Shown: positions 36,838 through 47,700 of the stretch, piece after piece
How positions within the stretch are numbered: position 1 is the stretch's first letter
Layout: every line of letters starts with the position of its first letter
From: an uncultured virus (IMG/VR IMGVR_UViG_3300045733_000484)
Taxonomy: Duplodnaviria > Heunggongvirae > Uroviricota > Caudoviricetes
Direction: 5' to 3' (one strand)
IMG/VR virus record: IMGVR_UViG_3300045733_000484
Length of the DNA: 64,000 nucleotides
Translations under genes and position numbers: made by a program
Notes under the pieces: model-generated
Databases searched by the model: none
What the model saw: the letters and a program-made list of their open reading frames with translations, nothing else
Told to the model about the DNA's origin: nothing

Positions 36838-37995
36838 ATGGCACTAAAGAATGAACTAACTCCAGGAAAATGGAAGGATCCGGATAACAGTATTGAGAAG
36901 ACCGGAAAAGAAACAAGTATAATACCAGATGATCAGAGAACTCCAGAACAGATTGCTGCTGCTGAGACTGATGAAGCTGCTGAGACTGCTCGTCTTGCTG
37001 CCTTGGCAGGTGAAGGTGGTACTGGTGGAAAAGAAAATGTCATTGAGACAGGAACATTTACTCCAAATGCTTTATGGGAAGATCTCACAAAGGTAGAAGG
37101 ATTCAAGATGCCGGAAGGCCTTACAAAAGATAATGAAGTTGAACTACTTAAGAAAGCTCTTGTAGACAATAAGATTGCTGAGGTTGAGGATCCTGATAAA
37201 GCTTCTAAGGCTGCTGCTTTTGCTGAAGCTGAGAAAGCAAAGAATAAATATGCCGGTCTTGATCCTGAAGCAATTGCCTTCATGAAATATAAAGAAGCAA
37301 ATCCTACAGGTACCATGAATGACTTCATCAAACAGAGGAATGTCATCAGTGATATGGTATCTCTTGCCGATAAAGATTTCATGAAAGCTCACCTGGTAAA
37401 TCAATATGGTTTATTCGATAAGGATAAGAATCCTGATGGACTCACCCAAGAGGAAATAGATGATGCTGTTACATCTCTTGAGACAAATAAACAACTTCCT
37501 CTGGAGGCAAAGAAGTTAAAAGCTGCTTACCGTAAGATGGACCAGGAACAGAATAAGGAGATAATCCCTGCTCCGGAAGTTATTGAAAAGCAAAAAGTTA
37601 GTGAAGCTGTAACAGCTATCAAAACAGACCTGAATAAATTATTTGTGGATACAGGAAAAATTGACGAAATTAGTGGCATCAAAGTTAGCAAAGCTGACGT
37701 TGCCGAAATAAATACTGCATTCGAGAAAGCAGTCCTTCCAAATGAGTTGGGGAAAGTCCCGATAATTGAGATGTTACAAAGTGACAGGTTATTATGGAAT
37801 TTCTTCGCAACAGCCTACATGGGAGATGAAAAGATCAAAGCGGCTTTATCTACAGCCAAAGAATCTACCAAAGATCAGTTAATATCTAAGTTAGGCCTTA
37901 AGCCTATCAATGTTGGTGGTAAACAAGCAGATACCGGTAAGAAAAATGTTATTACTCCTGGACTATGGAGTATACCAGATACTGCAAATCAGTAA
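36838..37995 (+). CDS. Putative scaffolding / capsid assembly protein
   Basis: Acidic, helical protein between portal and major capsid genes. Confidence 0.55.
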   Translation: MALKNELTPGKWKDPDNSIEKTGKETSIIPDDQRTPEQIAAAETDEAAETARLAALAGEGGTGGKENVIETGTFTPNALWEDLTKVEGFKMPEGLTKDNEVELLKKALVDNKIAEVEDPDKASKAAAFAEAEKAKNKYAGLDPEAIAFMKYKEANPTGTMNDFIKQRNVISDMVSLADKDFMKAHLVNQYGLFDKDKNPDGLTQEEIDDAVTSLETNKQLPLEAKKLKAAYRKMDQEQNKEIIPAPEVIEKQKVSEAVTAIKTDLNKLFVDTGKIDEISGIKVSKADVAEINTAFEKAVLPNELGKVPIIEMLQSDRLLWNFFATAYMGDEKIKAALSTAKESTKDQLISKLGLKPINVGGKQADTGKKNVITPGLWSIPDTANQ

Positions 37996-38015
37996 TTTTT
38001 TAAATCTTAAACACA

Positions 38016-39446
38016 ATGAAATTAGTTTCTCCAGGGTTCATGAAACAATTTGCTAATGAGACAGTGATGTCCAATCACCTGTTACAGGTAGCACTTGCTG
38101 AACCAGAAGTGATCCCACAGATCGCTACACTCTTTGAGAAGGAATCTACGGCATTCACGTCACTACTTGCTAAAAAAGGACTTACAGCAAAAGGATTATA
38201 TGCAGGTATACAGAATGAGAGCTATCGCGTTGTTGGTAACAGAAAAGTAATGTGGCCGGTAAAAGGTATCGAACGCAGAAAAGGAACCATCGTTGCTGCA
38301 TCTTCAACACTTATAGCAACTACTCCTGGTTACGGAGGAGAAATTGTAACTATCGATCTTGACACAAACTGGTTTTCTCCAAAAGACGTTCTCGAGTTGA
38401 AAGACAAGAGGACTCTGGTACACGTATCGGATGATCAGCTTCCTGTTGAGATTGGATCTAATGTATTCAGATATCAGTTAAGACTGGTACGTTCAGACAA
38501 GACTGAATATATTGATCCTGCACTTCTGTCAGTTGGAAGTGAAGTAGGATTTGCCTACACGATGTTCGAAGAAATGAGTGAGACTGCTTATGAGAAATAC
38601 ACCTTCGATGACTGGATGGGATCATGGATGACCATACAGAGAATGAAATGGAGTATCTCTGGTACTGCAGCACAGATGAACATCAAGAAACACTGGCTTT
38701 CACATAATGGAGAACTGGCCTGGGTAACATATGCAGAACTGCAGATGTTAAAGAGATGGGCAGAAGCTCGCGAATATCAGAACATCTTCGGTAAAGGTAC
38801 TATGACAGATGCCGATGAGGTACTTCTGAGGGACCTTAAAGGCCGTGATATCGTTGCCGGTGATGGCCTTATCAACGTTGGTGACGGGGCTCTTCGTTTC
38901 CCGTTCAACAAACTGACAAAGAACGTTCTGAAAAACGTTATGCGTAACATGCAGATTTTCTCTGATGCTGAAGGCAAACTGGAGATTGCTGTTATTGCCG
39001 GTCAGGAATTCATGTTCCAGTGGGCCGAGCTTATGGAAGAGATGGGATTGAACCTGTTCGATTCCCAGATGGTTGAAGGATCAGGATCCACAAAAGGTAT
39101 CAATGCAACATATACCTTCTATGAATTTAACAATGTCCGTTTCATACCGGTATGGCATAAGTACTTTGATAATCCATCAAGGCCTTCCAATATCAATACC
39201 TTTGGTGTTGACAAGGAGTCTATGAGGGCTATCTTTGTTTCCTTGGGCCAGGCCGATACAGGAAACAACAATGTCGAGCTTCTTGCTCTTGGAAACAGGG
39301 CATTCCGTAAAGGAACTATCGGAGGTATCGATGTAGGTGGTGACCAGATGAAATCCTCGGTTGATGGTCAGCATACTCATGTTCTTTGTGAGACCGGGAT
39401 AAAAGTAACCAACATGTACGGTGTTGCTGAATTGTTTACTCCGTAA
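38016..39446 (+). CDS. Major capsid protein
   Basis: 476 aa; G.GL motif, S.VDG...H.L.E.GI C-terminus; crAss-like position. Confidence 0.85.
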   Translation: MKLVSPGFMKQFANETVMSNHLLQVALAEPEVIPQIATLFEKESTAFTSLLAKKGLTAKGLYAGIQNESYRVVGNRKVMWPVKGIERRKGTIVAASSTLIATTPGYGGEIVTIDLDTNWFSPKDVLELKDKRTLVHVSDDQLPVEIGSNVFRYQLRLVRSDKTEYIDPALLSVGSEVGFAYTMFEEMSETAYEKYTFDDWMGSWMTIQRMKWSISGTAAQMNIKKHWLSHNGELAWVTYAELQMLKRWAEAREYQNIFGKGTMTDADEVLLRDLKGRDIVAGDGLINVGDGALRFPFNKLTKNVLKNVMRNMQIFSDAEGKLEIAVIAGQEFMFQWAELMEEMGLNLFDSQMVEGSGSTKGINATYTFYEFNNVRFIPVWHKYFDNPSRPSNINTFGVDKESMRAIFVSLGQADTGNNNVELLALGNRAFRKGTIGGIDVGGDQMKSSVDGQHTHVLCETGIKVTNMYGVAELFTP

Positions 39447-39481
39447 TGTTGTAATTTTTTAATAGAATAAAAGATAAACAG

Positions 39482-40246
39482 ATGGCAATAGTTAGATTAG
39501 TAGCAATCAATCCGAAATACCGGACAGTGCCTTTTTTTATGACTCCGGTATACGATAATGACCTGAAGACTTATAAGACAGGTCAGGAGAATATGAACAA
39601 GGCCCAACTGGCCGCGCAACCAATAATCATTGACCCTTTTGAACAGTACGCTGTGGTTCACATGCAGGCATTTGATACGAGTAATCCAAAAGACAAAGTA
39701 CTTCTGGGATTAATCAAAACGCAGCCATTGATAGCAGCAAACTCTTCAAAGGTGGTAGCTGGGAAACATCTTTTCTATATTGAAGATAAAGAGACCGAGG
39801 CTGGAGAAAAAATCGTTGCTGCAGATCTTATGTATGAAGCAATGTCGAAGGTACGGGCAGATATGACTCTTCAAAGGATAACGGATCTTGCAATTTTCCT
39901 ATCAGTTGATGTGAGAAACAATCCGATATCCGTCATTCAGGAAAGGATCTATTCCAGGTGTACAAACAATCCTAAAGAGGTATTATCATTTTTTGAAGAT
40001 TCTACTGTTAACAGGATGTTTGTGCTTAAGCTTATTCATTATGGTATCATTCAGAAAAGACTCGATCGGATCGTTGATGGAGATCTTCTTGTCGGAAGGA
40101 ACCTTGAAGAAGCTGTTCTGTATGTACAGGACAAAGCAAATGATATGATTACGGGTAAGTGGGGACTTGCTCTTGATAGAAAAGAAGGCAGAGAGACGCC
40201 AGCAAAAGGAAAGAAAGAAGATAAAGTTGATGTTCCTGTAACGTAA
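39482..40246 (+). CDS. Conserved crAss-like protein downstream of the major capsid gene
   Basis: Synteny; YKTG, FYIED.E.E and C-terminal G.NLEEAV.Y motifs. Confidence 0.6.
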   Translation: MAIVRLVAINPKYRTVPFFMTPVYDNDLKTYKTGQENMNKAQLAAQPIIIDPFEQYAVVHMQAFDTSNPKDKVLLGLIKTQPLIAANSSKVVAGKHLFYIEDKETEAGEKIVAADLMYEAMSKVRADMTLQRITDLAIFLSVDVRNNPISVIQERIYSRCTNNPKEVLSFFEDSTVNRMFVLKLIHYGIIQKRLDRIVDGDLLVGRNLEEAVLYVQDKANDMITGKWGLALDRKEGRETPAKGKKEDKVDVPVT

Positions 40247-40257
40247 TACTTACTACC

Positions 40258-41100
40258 ATGGCTCTTGTTACAATAACTGATATGTACCTGGCTCTTCTAA
40301 AGGGTGTAGGTAAAAAGAATTCGTCAGCTGTATGGCCGGCAGATTTTAATGATGTTATCAACAGGGCTTATAAGGAGTGGCTAAGCCACAAGTCGGACGA
40401 GTCTGACATTGTTCAGAAACGTATGGATGATCTCCAGAAATTAAGATATGTCACTGATGGGTCTATTGAACTTCCAATACCTGTCTCAGATGTCGAGATT
40501 GATGGTGTAGGAGGAGAGGTAGCACTCAACGCATATAATTCTATCACCGGACTAAGGACGCTTGTAGAACTAAGCGGAACGGGTCCTGTGAGAGTTAGAA
40601 CGCGGGTTTATCAGACACTCATTCCAATAGTGCCTGTTCTACCAGGAGTGTTTCCAATCGTTCCGGTAAACTATCCAAAGTATTATCGTTCCCAGAGTGT
40701 TCTTGTTATGGTTAGTAAAAATAATGTTGATTACGGATATGTAGGATCCTCACCGCTTCGTGATGATCAAAAGTCAAATATCCTTGAGGATCCATATTCC
40801 GTTCCGTATGTTGACATAAAAGACTTATCAAGATCGAGAGTATATCATCAATATATGCAGGACCGGCTTAAGTTATTTCTACCAATAGGGTTTATCGCAA
40901 AAAATATTCAACTGTCATACATAAAGTTACCTACAGATCTTAATTACGATCCAAACTATCCAGCAAATAATATCAACTGTGAACTTGGATCTATACAGCA
41001 GCAACAGATCGTTGATCTGGCAAGAAGAATGTATATAGAAGGAATAGAAAGCAGAAGGTATCAGACTGTTATGGCAGAACAACAACAAGGTTCTAATTAA
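40258..41100 (+). CDS. Head-tail ring/adaptor protein
   Basis: QKRMDDLQ.L, LSYIKLP, CEL...QQQIVDLA pattern. Confidence 0.6.
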   Translation: MALVTITDMYLALLKGVGKKNSSAVWPADFNDVINRAYKEWLSHKSDESDIVQKRMDDLQKLRYVTDGSIELPIPVSDVEIDGVGGEVALNAYNSITGLRTLVELSGTGPVRVRTRVYQTLIPIVPVLPGVFPIVPVNYPKYYRSQSVLVMVSKNNVDYGYVGSSPLRDDQKSNILEDPYSVPYVDIKDLSRSRVYHQYMQDRLKLFLPIGFIAKNIQLSYIKLPTDLNYDPNYPANNINCELGSIQQQQIVDLARRMYIEGIESRRYQTVMAEQQQGSN

Positions 41101-41123
41101 TAATTTTTTAAACAATCTCTATC

Positions 41124-42218
41124 ATGGGAAATTTAGTAAGAAAAAGAGCGCAAATGCTTTTTAATACTGTTGATGCAACGTCATTAGTGTATGATAGTGG
41201 CACACCAAAAACGCTCGCAATTAAAGAGTATAACATCATAGGAAGATCCGGTGTTACTCTTAAGAAATTCAAGAAATCCAAAACATATGCAGGACTACTT
41301 GAAAAAGCTACTGTCGTTCCGGACTTCGGGTATCCGGCAAATACTACTCAGTATGAGTGGTTTCTGGATCTTAAAGGAAAGACAAACCTTGGTAATGGCC
41401 GTGTTGATCAGCTTTTCCTGATGAACAAAACATACCAGGGATATATTGGAGCTCTTGCTGTAGCAAACTCCGGGAAGATCGCTGATGCTGATAAGATCAA
41501 ACTTATCGATTCGATGATACTTTCTGTTAACTCAGATAAGTGGGCCCCGGCCACAGCATCCAGAGTAGGTCTGAACCTTTTACTCGCAGCAAAGAGTACT
41601 CTTACCAGGTTCGATGTTGCTCTTGATCCTATCTATGGATCTGTATTCTATTCTGCAGTTAAGTTCACCTCAGCTATTGGAGCAACAAACTCCGATACTT
41701 CATTGACATCTGCAGCTGCAGGTCTTACTGTCAATGCTCATGCAGGTGACTATGCTTATATCAAAGAAGGTAATTATATAGGAACGTTCCATAAGATCGT
41801 TAGTAATACGGCTACCGTTCTTACCCTGGAGACAGCATTAACAAGTACGGAATCGGGACTTGATTTTGAGATTGTCGGTGGAAGAGGAGCATATCCTCGT
41901 CTTACTCTTGCCGACATACAGAAGATATTCCCAATACTTCCTTCAAATGCTGGTACAGGTGGAGAGAGATATCCTTCCGGTTCTGCAGACTGGTCAAAGT
42001 ATTACTTCAAAGTGGAACATGCCGGTGCTCAGGCTGCATATGCTCTTGACGGAGCAAACCACCTCGATACTTATGTTGAGGAGTTTGAGATTTATGTTCC
42101 GACTGCCGTAGCAGAAGCAGTAACCAACTGGGATAAAAAAATCTATGACTTTCTTACTGCCGTGAGTTATGTGGATCCTAATGGAGATACCACACCATGG
42201 GCACTTGCAACATCATAG
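41124..42218 (+). CDS. Virion structural protein (auxiliary capsid-like)
   Basis: Ala/Thr/Gly-rich, lies in the structural operon, followed by a terminator. Confidence 0.5.
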   Translation: MGNLVRKRAQMLFNTVDATSLVYDSGTPKTLAIKEYNIIGRSGVTLKKFKKSKTYAGLLEKATVVPDFGYPANTTQYEWFLDLKGKTNLGNGRVDQLFLMNKTYQGYIGALAVANSGKIADADKIKLIDSMILSVNSDKWAPATASRVGLNLLLAAKSTLTRFDVALDPIYGSVFYSAVKFTSAIGATNSDTSLTSAAAGLTVNAHAGDYAYIKEGNYIGTFHKIVSNTATVLTLETALTSTESGLDFEIVGGRGAYPRLTLADIQKIFPILPSNAGTGGERYPSGSADWSKYYFKVEHAGAQAAYALDGANHLDTYVEEFEIYVPTAVAEAVTNWDKKIYDFLTAVSYVDPNGDTTPWALATS

Positions 42219-42251
42219 TATCAGGGTTGTTAACATACTTATTAACAAGTG

Positions 42252-42279
42252 AAGAGGGTCTCTTTTAGGGACCCTTTTT
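42252..42279 (+). terminator. Intrinsic terminator
   Basis: AGGGTCTCT-TTT-AGGGACCCT-TTTT. Confidence 0.75.
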
Positions 42280-42302
42280 GCTTTTTATGATCATAATAGT
42301 TG

Positions 42303-42310
42303 TACCTTTG
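42303..42310 (+). promoter_or_regulatory. Bacteroidota-type -7 promoter box
   Basis: TACCTTTG with an upstream TTTG at 42277-42280. Confidence 0.55.
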
Positions 42311-42324
42311 TTAAAACTTTTGAA

Positions 42325-42990
42325 ATGGGAAAGTCATTAAAACGGATGGTTTTTACTATAAGGAATCAGTTCTCGTCATTCGTTGTCACTGATGACTCAA
42401 GACTGAAGAAAGAACTTGTCGAAGATATGGTTCTCGATGTAAGAGCTCTTCTCGCAAAAGAAGTCTTTACAGCAAATAAGTCTCTTGGTGATGAGTGGTA
42501 TCAGGACTACACAGGAATAGAGGTACTATCAAAAAAACCTGAGATGCCAAATGGAGTTAAAGAGGAACATCCGGATATCTATTCTAATCTTCCTGTTCTC
42601 CAGAGTGACATAGGTTTCAGAAACATCAGATATCTTGGTACTGTTGATGGAAGGAAAAATTTCACCAGGGTAAGTTATTCCGGGTTTCTATCTACCAATG
42701 GAAGGCTTGTAACAAGTAACGAACCATTCTATACAGTGACAGGTCATACAGTGATCTATAAGAACCTACCAAATATCGGAATTAAGTATGTTAGACTCAT
42801 TGGTGTATTATATGATCCCAGGGAAGCTATTAACTTCGATGAAGAGAAAGACTTTCCTATGCCAGATGCTCAGTCTCATAAATGTGAGTTAATAGTTATT
42901 AAACAGTTGTCCTCTACTCTTGGAGTACAACCAGATATAGTTAATGATGCAGCCGATGTTAACCAGGGACAACCAAGTGGAAGACGTTAA
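42325..42990 (+). CDS. Tail ring/adaptor protein
   Basis: DDSRL...R..L, GVLYDPR, FPMP and PDIVND motifs, as in crAss-like ring proteins. Confidence 0.65.
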   Translation: MGKSLKRMVFTIRNQFSSFVVTDDSRLKKELVEDMVLDVRALLAKEVFTANKSLGDEWYQDYTGIEVLSKKPEMPNGVKEEHPDIYSNLPVLQSDIGFRNIRYLGTVDGRKNFTRVSYSGFLSTNGRLVTSNEPFYTVTGHTVIYKNLPNIGIKYVRLIGVLYDPREAINFDEEKDFPMPDAQSHKCELIVIKQLSSTLGVQPDIVNDAADVNQGQPSGRR

Positions 42991-43270
42991 GAAAGATAAG
43001 TTCGAGTTCTTACCATTGTTATCACATTTTGAGGATCCTGCATTTACTATCCTCAATAATAAACATACACTGATGATAAAGGCTGGTGTTGTGTATGTCC
43101 TTGTATTCTTAAGAGAAGCAAAGAAAGAAGCATTTGTTAAATGCAAAGTTAGTATGTCGGGATTGGATCTGCTTGATACCAAATATCCAATTTTCACTGA
43201 AAATATTCCTGAATACAGAGAGTCTAAGAGAATTCACAAAGGTCTTGGAATAAACATGTATTCATTATGA
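42944..43270 (+). CDS. Hypothetical protein
   Basis: Packed ORF. Confidence 0.45.
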   Translation: MMQPMLTRDNQVEDVKKDKFEFLPLLSHFEDPAFTILNNKHTLMIKAGVVYVLVFLREAKKEAFVKCKVSMSGLDLLDTKYPIFTENIPEYRESKRIHKGLGINMYSL

Positions 43271-43650
43271 AGGTTACCCCTCAAAGTGATTATCAACATC
43301 CTTCAGGTATCATCTTTAAAAATCGTCGTCTCTATGAAGTGATAAGTGAATCGGGTTTACTATACCTTGTCAATGAAGGTACAGGTGTTGATTATTATGT
43401 TCCAAAGAGTGAATTTGTAGTAATAAAAGATACTATCATCCTTGATGAGAGGACCCCATTACAACATATGTACGATGATCTGAAGCAGAAAGATCACAAC
43501 TATAAAAAGATTTATGAAGAGCGACTTGGTATACTCACGCTTACCTGGCCGGAAGAAGATGCCTTAAGACATGGAAGAAATAGAAAAACCGAAGATCAAG
43601 GGTTACCCGAAGACAACTCAATTGATCATCTCGAAGAGAAAGGGGTATAA
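43267..43650 (+). CDS. Hypothetical protein
   Basis: Packed ORF. Confidence 0.5.
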   Translation: MKVTPQSDYQHPSGIIFKNRRLYEVISESGLLYLVNEGTGVDYYVPKSEFVVIKDTIILDERTPLQHMYDDLKQKDHNYKKIYEERLGILTLTWPEEDALRHGRNRKTEDQGLPEDNSIDHLEEKGV

Positions 43651-44107
43651 GTCTGATATTTTATATTATGATCTCTGTGATATAACAAACGATTCATATC
43701 CTATATGGAAAAGAAGGGGACCGTTTAAATCTTATCATACTACTTTTAAAAAATATAATCTTTCACGCAGTAAAGAACGTTCTTTGGCAAAGTTGATATT
43801 CCGAATTACTCTTGATCTTATGATTAATGACATGATCAACTTTAATTACTCCATACAACTTCCACATATCAACGGAGGATATATTGGGATCTTTGATGTA
43901 CACAACCAGGAATCTCCTTATAGATATGGTGAACGTGACAGATTAGGAAAGAAATGGTTTTTTCGTTATTGTCAAAGTATACTGGTTGATTTTCAGAGAG
44001 CACGTATGAATCACAGATGGTTTGAGGTGAAATTCGGGAAGAAATATTATAAGATGATGATAAACAAGATGAAAAACGGTCACACATATCCTCTTAAAAA
44101 TGACTAA
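43571..44107 (+). CDS. Basic protein, possibly the IHF-like gene of the crAss tail module
   Basis: LMINDMI....IQLP...G.I pattern and NGHTY C-terminus; directly before the tail tubular gene. Confidence 0.45.
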   Translation: MEEIEKPKIKGYPKTTQLIISKRKGYKSDILYYDLCDITNDSYPIWKRRGPFKSYHTTFKKYNLSRSKERSLAKLIFRITLDLMINDMINFNYSIQLPHINGGYIGIFDVHNQESPYRYGERDRLGKKWFFRYCQSILVDFQRARMNHRWFEVKFGKKYYKMMINKMKNGHTYPLKND

Positions 44108-44699
44108 TAATACCATGTATGTTGGAATAGATTCTGTACTTACTAAGATTACAGATCTGTATAAGAGCATTGATCTTACAAAGACTGCTGTTCTTGAGTC
44201 ATGTACATATGCTGAACTTCATGAACTTGCCACAATAAGGGATTGGTTCCTATTTAAAAATGTACCATTGGTTATTGATCAGAAGAAGGCAGCACTACCA
44301 TGTAACTGTCATAAGCTTCTCGACGTATTCACTGATTCAAAGAGAAGGGTTAAGTTCCGGAAAGATGGTACATACCTATTTTTTCATGAAAACTATACTG
44401 ATGTAGTCATTAACTACCGTGGACTTCCTGTAGATGATCAGGGCAGACCAATATTTGTCAATGGTCATATCATGGCTCTTGCCAGGTATTGTATAATGAA
44501 CTATTTCGAAGAAGACTTTGTTTCAGGAAAGATGGATGGTCAACGGTGGCAGTATCTTGTAGATCAATGGGAAAACAGTAGAGATGTTGCACGGGCCAGC
44601 ATGCGTAATCTTACCAGAAACGATATCGAACAGATCCTTCAGATCAATGCAGATATGATACCAAAGCTTGGATACATACCATTATATAACCTTGACTAA
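44100..44699 (+). CDS. Tail tubular / ring protein (P22 gp4-like)
   Basis: KAALPC, V.INYRGLPVD..G.P, A...Y motifs; synteny. Confidence 0.65.
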   Translation: MTNNTMYVGIDSVLTKITDLYKSIDLTKTAVLESCTYAELHELATIRDWFLFKNVPLVIDQKKAALPCNCHKLLDVFTDSKRRVKFRKDGTYLFFHENYTDVVINYRGLPVDDQGRPIFVNGHIMALARYCIMNYFEEDFVSGKMDGQRWQYLVDQWENSRDVARASMRNLTRNDIEQILQINADMIPKLGYIPLYNLD

Positions 44700-44701
44700 T
44701 C

Positions 44702-47700
44702 ATGCCAGCACAGGGGAACAATCCGGAACAAGTGAATGTCTTTGTAAAAGGCATTGTACAGGATATCGATATAGGAAATATTCCTGCAGACAGATATCTC
44801 ACTGCATGGGATATTAAACTCATGGATAAGGAAGGTCAGGGGTTTGTTCTTACTAATCTCGATGGTAGTCAGATAGCTTTTTCTCTTCCTTCACTATTAG
44901 AAGGTAAGAACTTTATCCCTCTTGGATGGGCACAACATAAAGATATCCTTTATATCCTTTCATGCAGTGATGATGATCTTGGTACTGGTGAGGTTGGATC
45001 ATATCCTTCAGTAGATCCTGTCAGTGGTAAGTTCACAGCTGACTACCGGGCCCTGACAAACTATATGGTAAAAGATGGTTTCGGAGTATATCAGAGATCG
45101 AGTATGAGGAGTGATCTGTTTCATTTCAATACTGCGTATATGCTCGATGTGAAGACAAAGGATCATTATGATGGATCTGTAGATATATATTTTGCTGATG
45201 GTATAAACCCGCTGCGAGTAGTAAATACAGGTTTCACCCAGGGAGGACTCCAGACTACTACAGTATATAACAATGATACCTTTGAGACAAACGTAAACCT
45301 TGCACTCAGTTCAAAGAGTACCTTACATGTAGACTCATATTCAATAACTACAGGTGGGGTATTCAAGTTTGGAAACTATATCTTCTTCTTCAAATATGCC
45401 ACGGAAGATTTTAATGAGACACACTTCGTTGCAGAATATGGTCCTGTACCTATTTTTAAGGGCATAGGACTGTGTTCGTCTGTCCAGGGAGGAGAAGCAT
45501 CAGCCAGATCAGATAAGAAGGTTATCTTTAGTCTTTCGGGCCTTGACACTACATATAAATATCTTCGTGTAGGATATCTGAGATGGTTTAGTGATTATGA
45601 TGGATTAACACTTTCAGAGTTTGGTGAGATAAATACCAAGATTGGTATTACTGGAACAGAGATGAGTATTACTATCAGTGGAACAGAAGGAGAAGTCTTT
45701 CTTACTGAATCCGAGATAATGCTCACAAAAGATATTGATGTCATTCCAAAGACTATCACACAACTCAATAACAGGTTATGGGGTGGAAACTGGAAGAGGA
45801 CAAAGACACATCATGAATCGCTCGCGAATTTTGCAAAACTTATCAATATCGGCTTTGATGATTCTAAGCAAGTAATAAATGCTATCTGGGATACTACTGT
45901 CGATGGTGGACAATATAAAGACTATACCAATTACGATTATATAGGATATTTCCGTGGCGAACCGTATGTCTTTGGAATGGTTGCAGAACTACTTGACGGT
46001 ACTATGACACAAGCGTATCCTTTATGGGGTGTAGATGCCTTTAGTGATATCACTCCATTATATGCAGAAGGATCCTCAGACAAAGGAAACTTCAATGGTA
46101 TATACCGGTTTCCAAATGCTCACCTATCTTCTCCCAGGACTAATGATGGACACTTAAAACTTCTTGGAGTAAAGTTTAATACTGAGGCAGCTTTCAGATC
46201 TATCATGAATGCAGAGACAAATAACTGGATCCGGTTTAATGTAAGATCTATATATTTTGTTCGTGGCGATCGGTTTCCTCTTTTAAAGACACAAGGTCTT
46301 ATGATGCATGCAGCATATCCTGGAGGTCTTACTGCCGATTATCCTATTACTCAATATTGTTCATTGGATGGACAACAACTATTATATGGACAGACACAGG
46401 ATAATTCTCCATATAGTTATACTCAGGTAAATCATTTCGGTACCGATACAACAGGACCATTCATACCTTTTCATGATGATCCTTTCTGGGGTTGTTTTTC
46501 AAAAGATGCATGGACAGGAGGTACAGGAGCTATTGGATGTGCTCCAATGTTAAATACGTTTGCTGATTGCTATGCTCCAGTATTTCGCGGATATATGCCA
46601 ATGTCATTAAGTATAATGGGATGGGGTTCTGGTCTTGATGGTAAGGTAAATAACTATGTATCGAGATTCTTTTTAAAGCCTGATAAGTATTGTTTCTATT
46701 CTCCGGATATGCTCTTCAGATCTTCTAATGATGTATCTGAGTTTTCTTTTATATGGAGAGTAGGAAAGACTATTGTGTCGAGAGCTGATGGAGCAACAAC
46801 AGATAACCCGGGATCTTGGGTAACTGATTTCTCTACTGCTCATCATGTACTTCCATTCTATTTCTCAGACGATGCAGGAGATTTTGTTAATCAGACTCCA
46901 AAGACAGCAAATATTGAGAATAAGATAATGATTGGTGAACATGGGTTTGTTAAACCAGGGAATACAGGATATAGCCAGTTCATTAATGCTATAGATGAAC
47001 CGAGTGAGAATATTGATAATGTATGGGTACTCAGTCTCCCTGATATAAACACTATTCCAGTAGATTTCTGCAGGAGTACGATCTTTGCAAAATATCTTGG
47101 AATAGATCTTGACCATGTAGACAAGCCTACCGGTTCTCTTATACCTGAAGATTTTAATCTCGACATAGTAAATATCTACTCTGGTGATCCTCTATCTGTT
47201 GACATACGTGATCTATTTGCAAATATCTTATCTGTACAATATCGTAAGATCTCCCAGGGAATAAAGATCCAGGATGTTGTTGATGCTATAGTCCTTGACT
47301 CATGGGATAGTTTTAAAAATATAACATGTTGGAGAGGAGACTGTTTTTTACAGAAGACATATTTCAAACAACGTTACTGGAAAGGTAGTTCCTTCTTATT
47401 TTCTGCTGAGAATGCCAGTTGGGATAAATGGGATCTTGATATACCATGTGGATCGAATACTCACAATCCATTTAATAGTCATGGTTTGTTACTCGGTGTT
47501 GTAACAGAAAATGCTGTTAATACTGCCATGAGAAGTGCAAAGGAACTTAATAGTTTCTTTCCGGACCAGGAGAGAATTCCTTGGATAGTACTTCCATATA
47601 ACTCAGATAATGTAGAGTCTTTCAGGATGAATAATGGATACCAGATGACATTATCTACCAATGTGTTCATGATGAAGGATCCTATGCTTCCAGATAAGAG

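Noticed and set aside
32361..39446. Introns or inteins in TerL, portal or MCP
   Set aside because: The ORFs are continuous and of ordinary length, and I saw no intein motifs.
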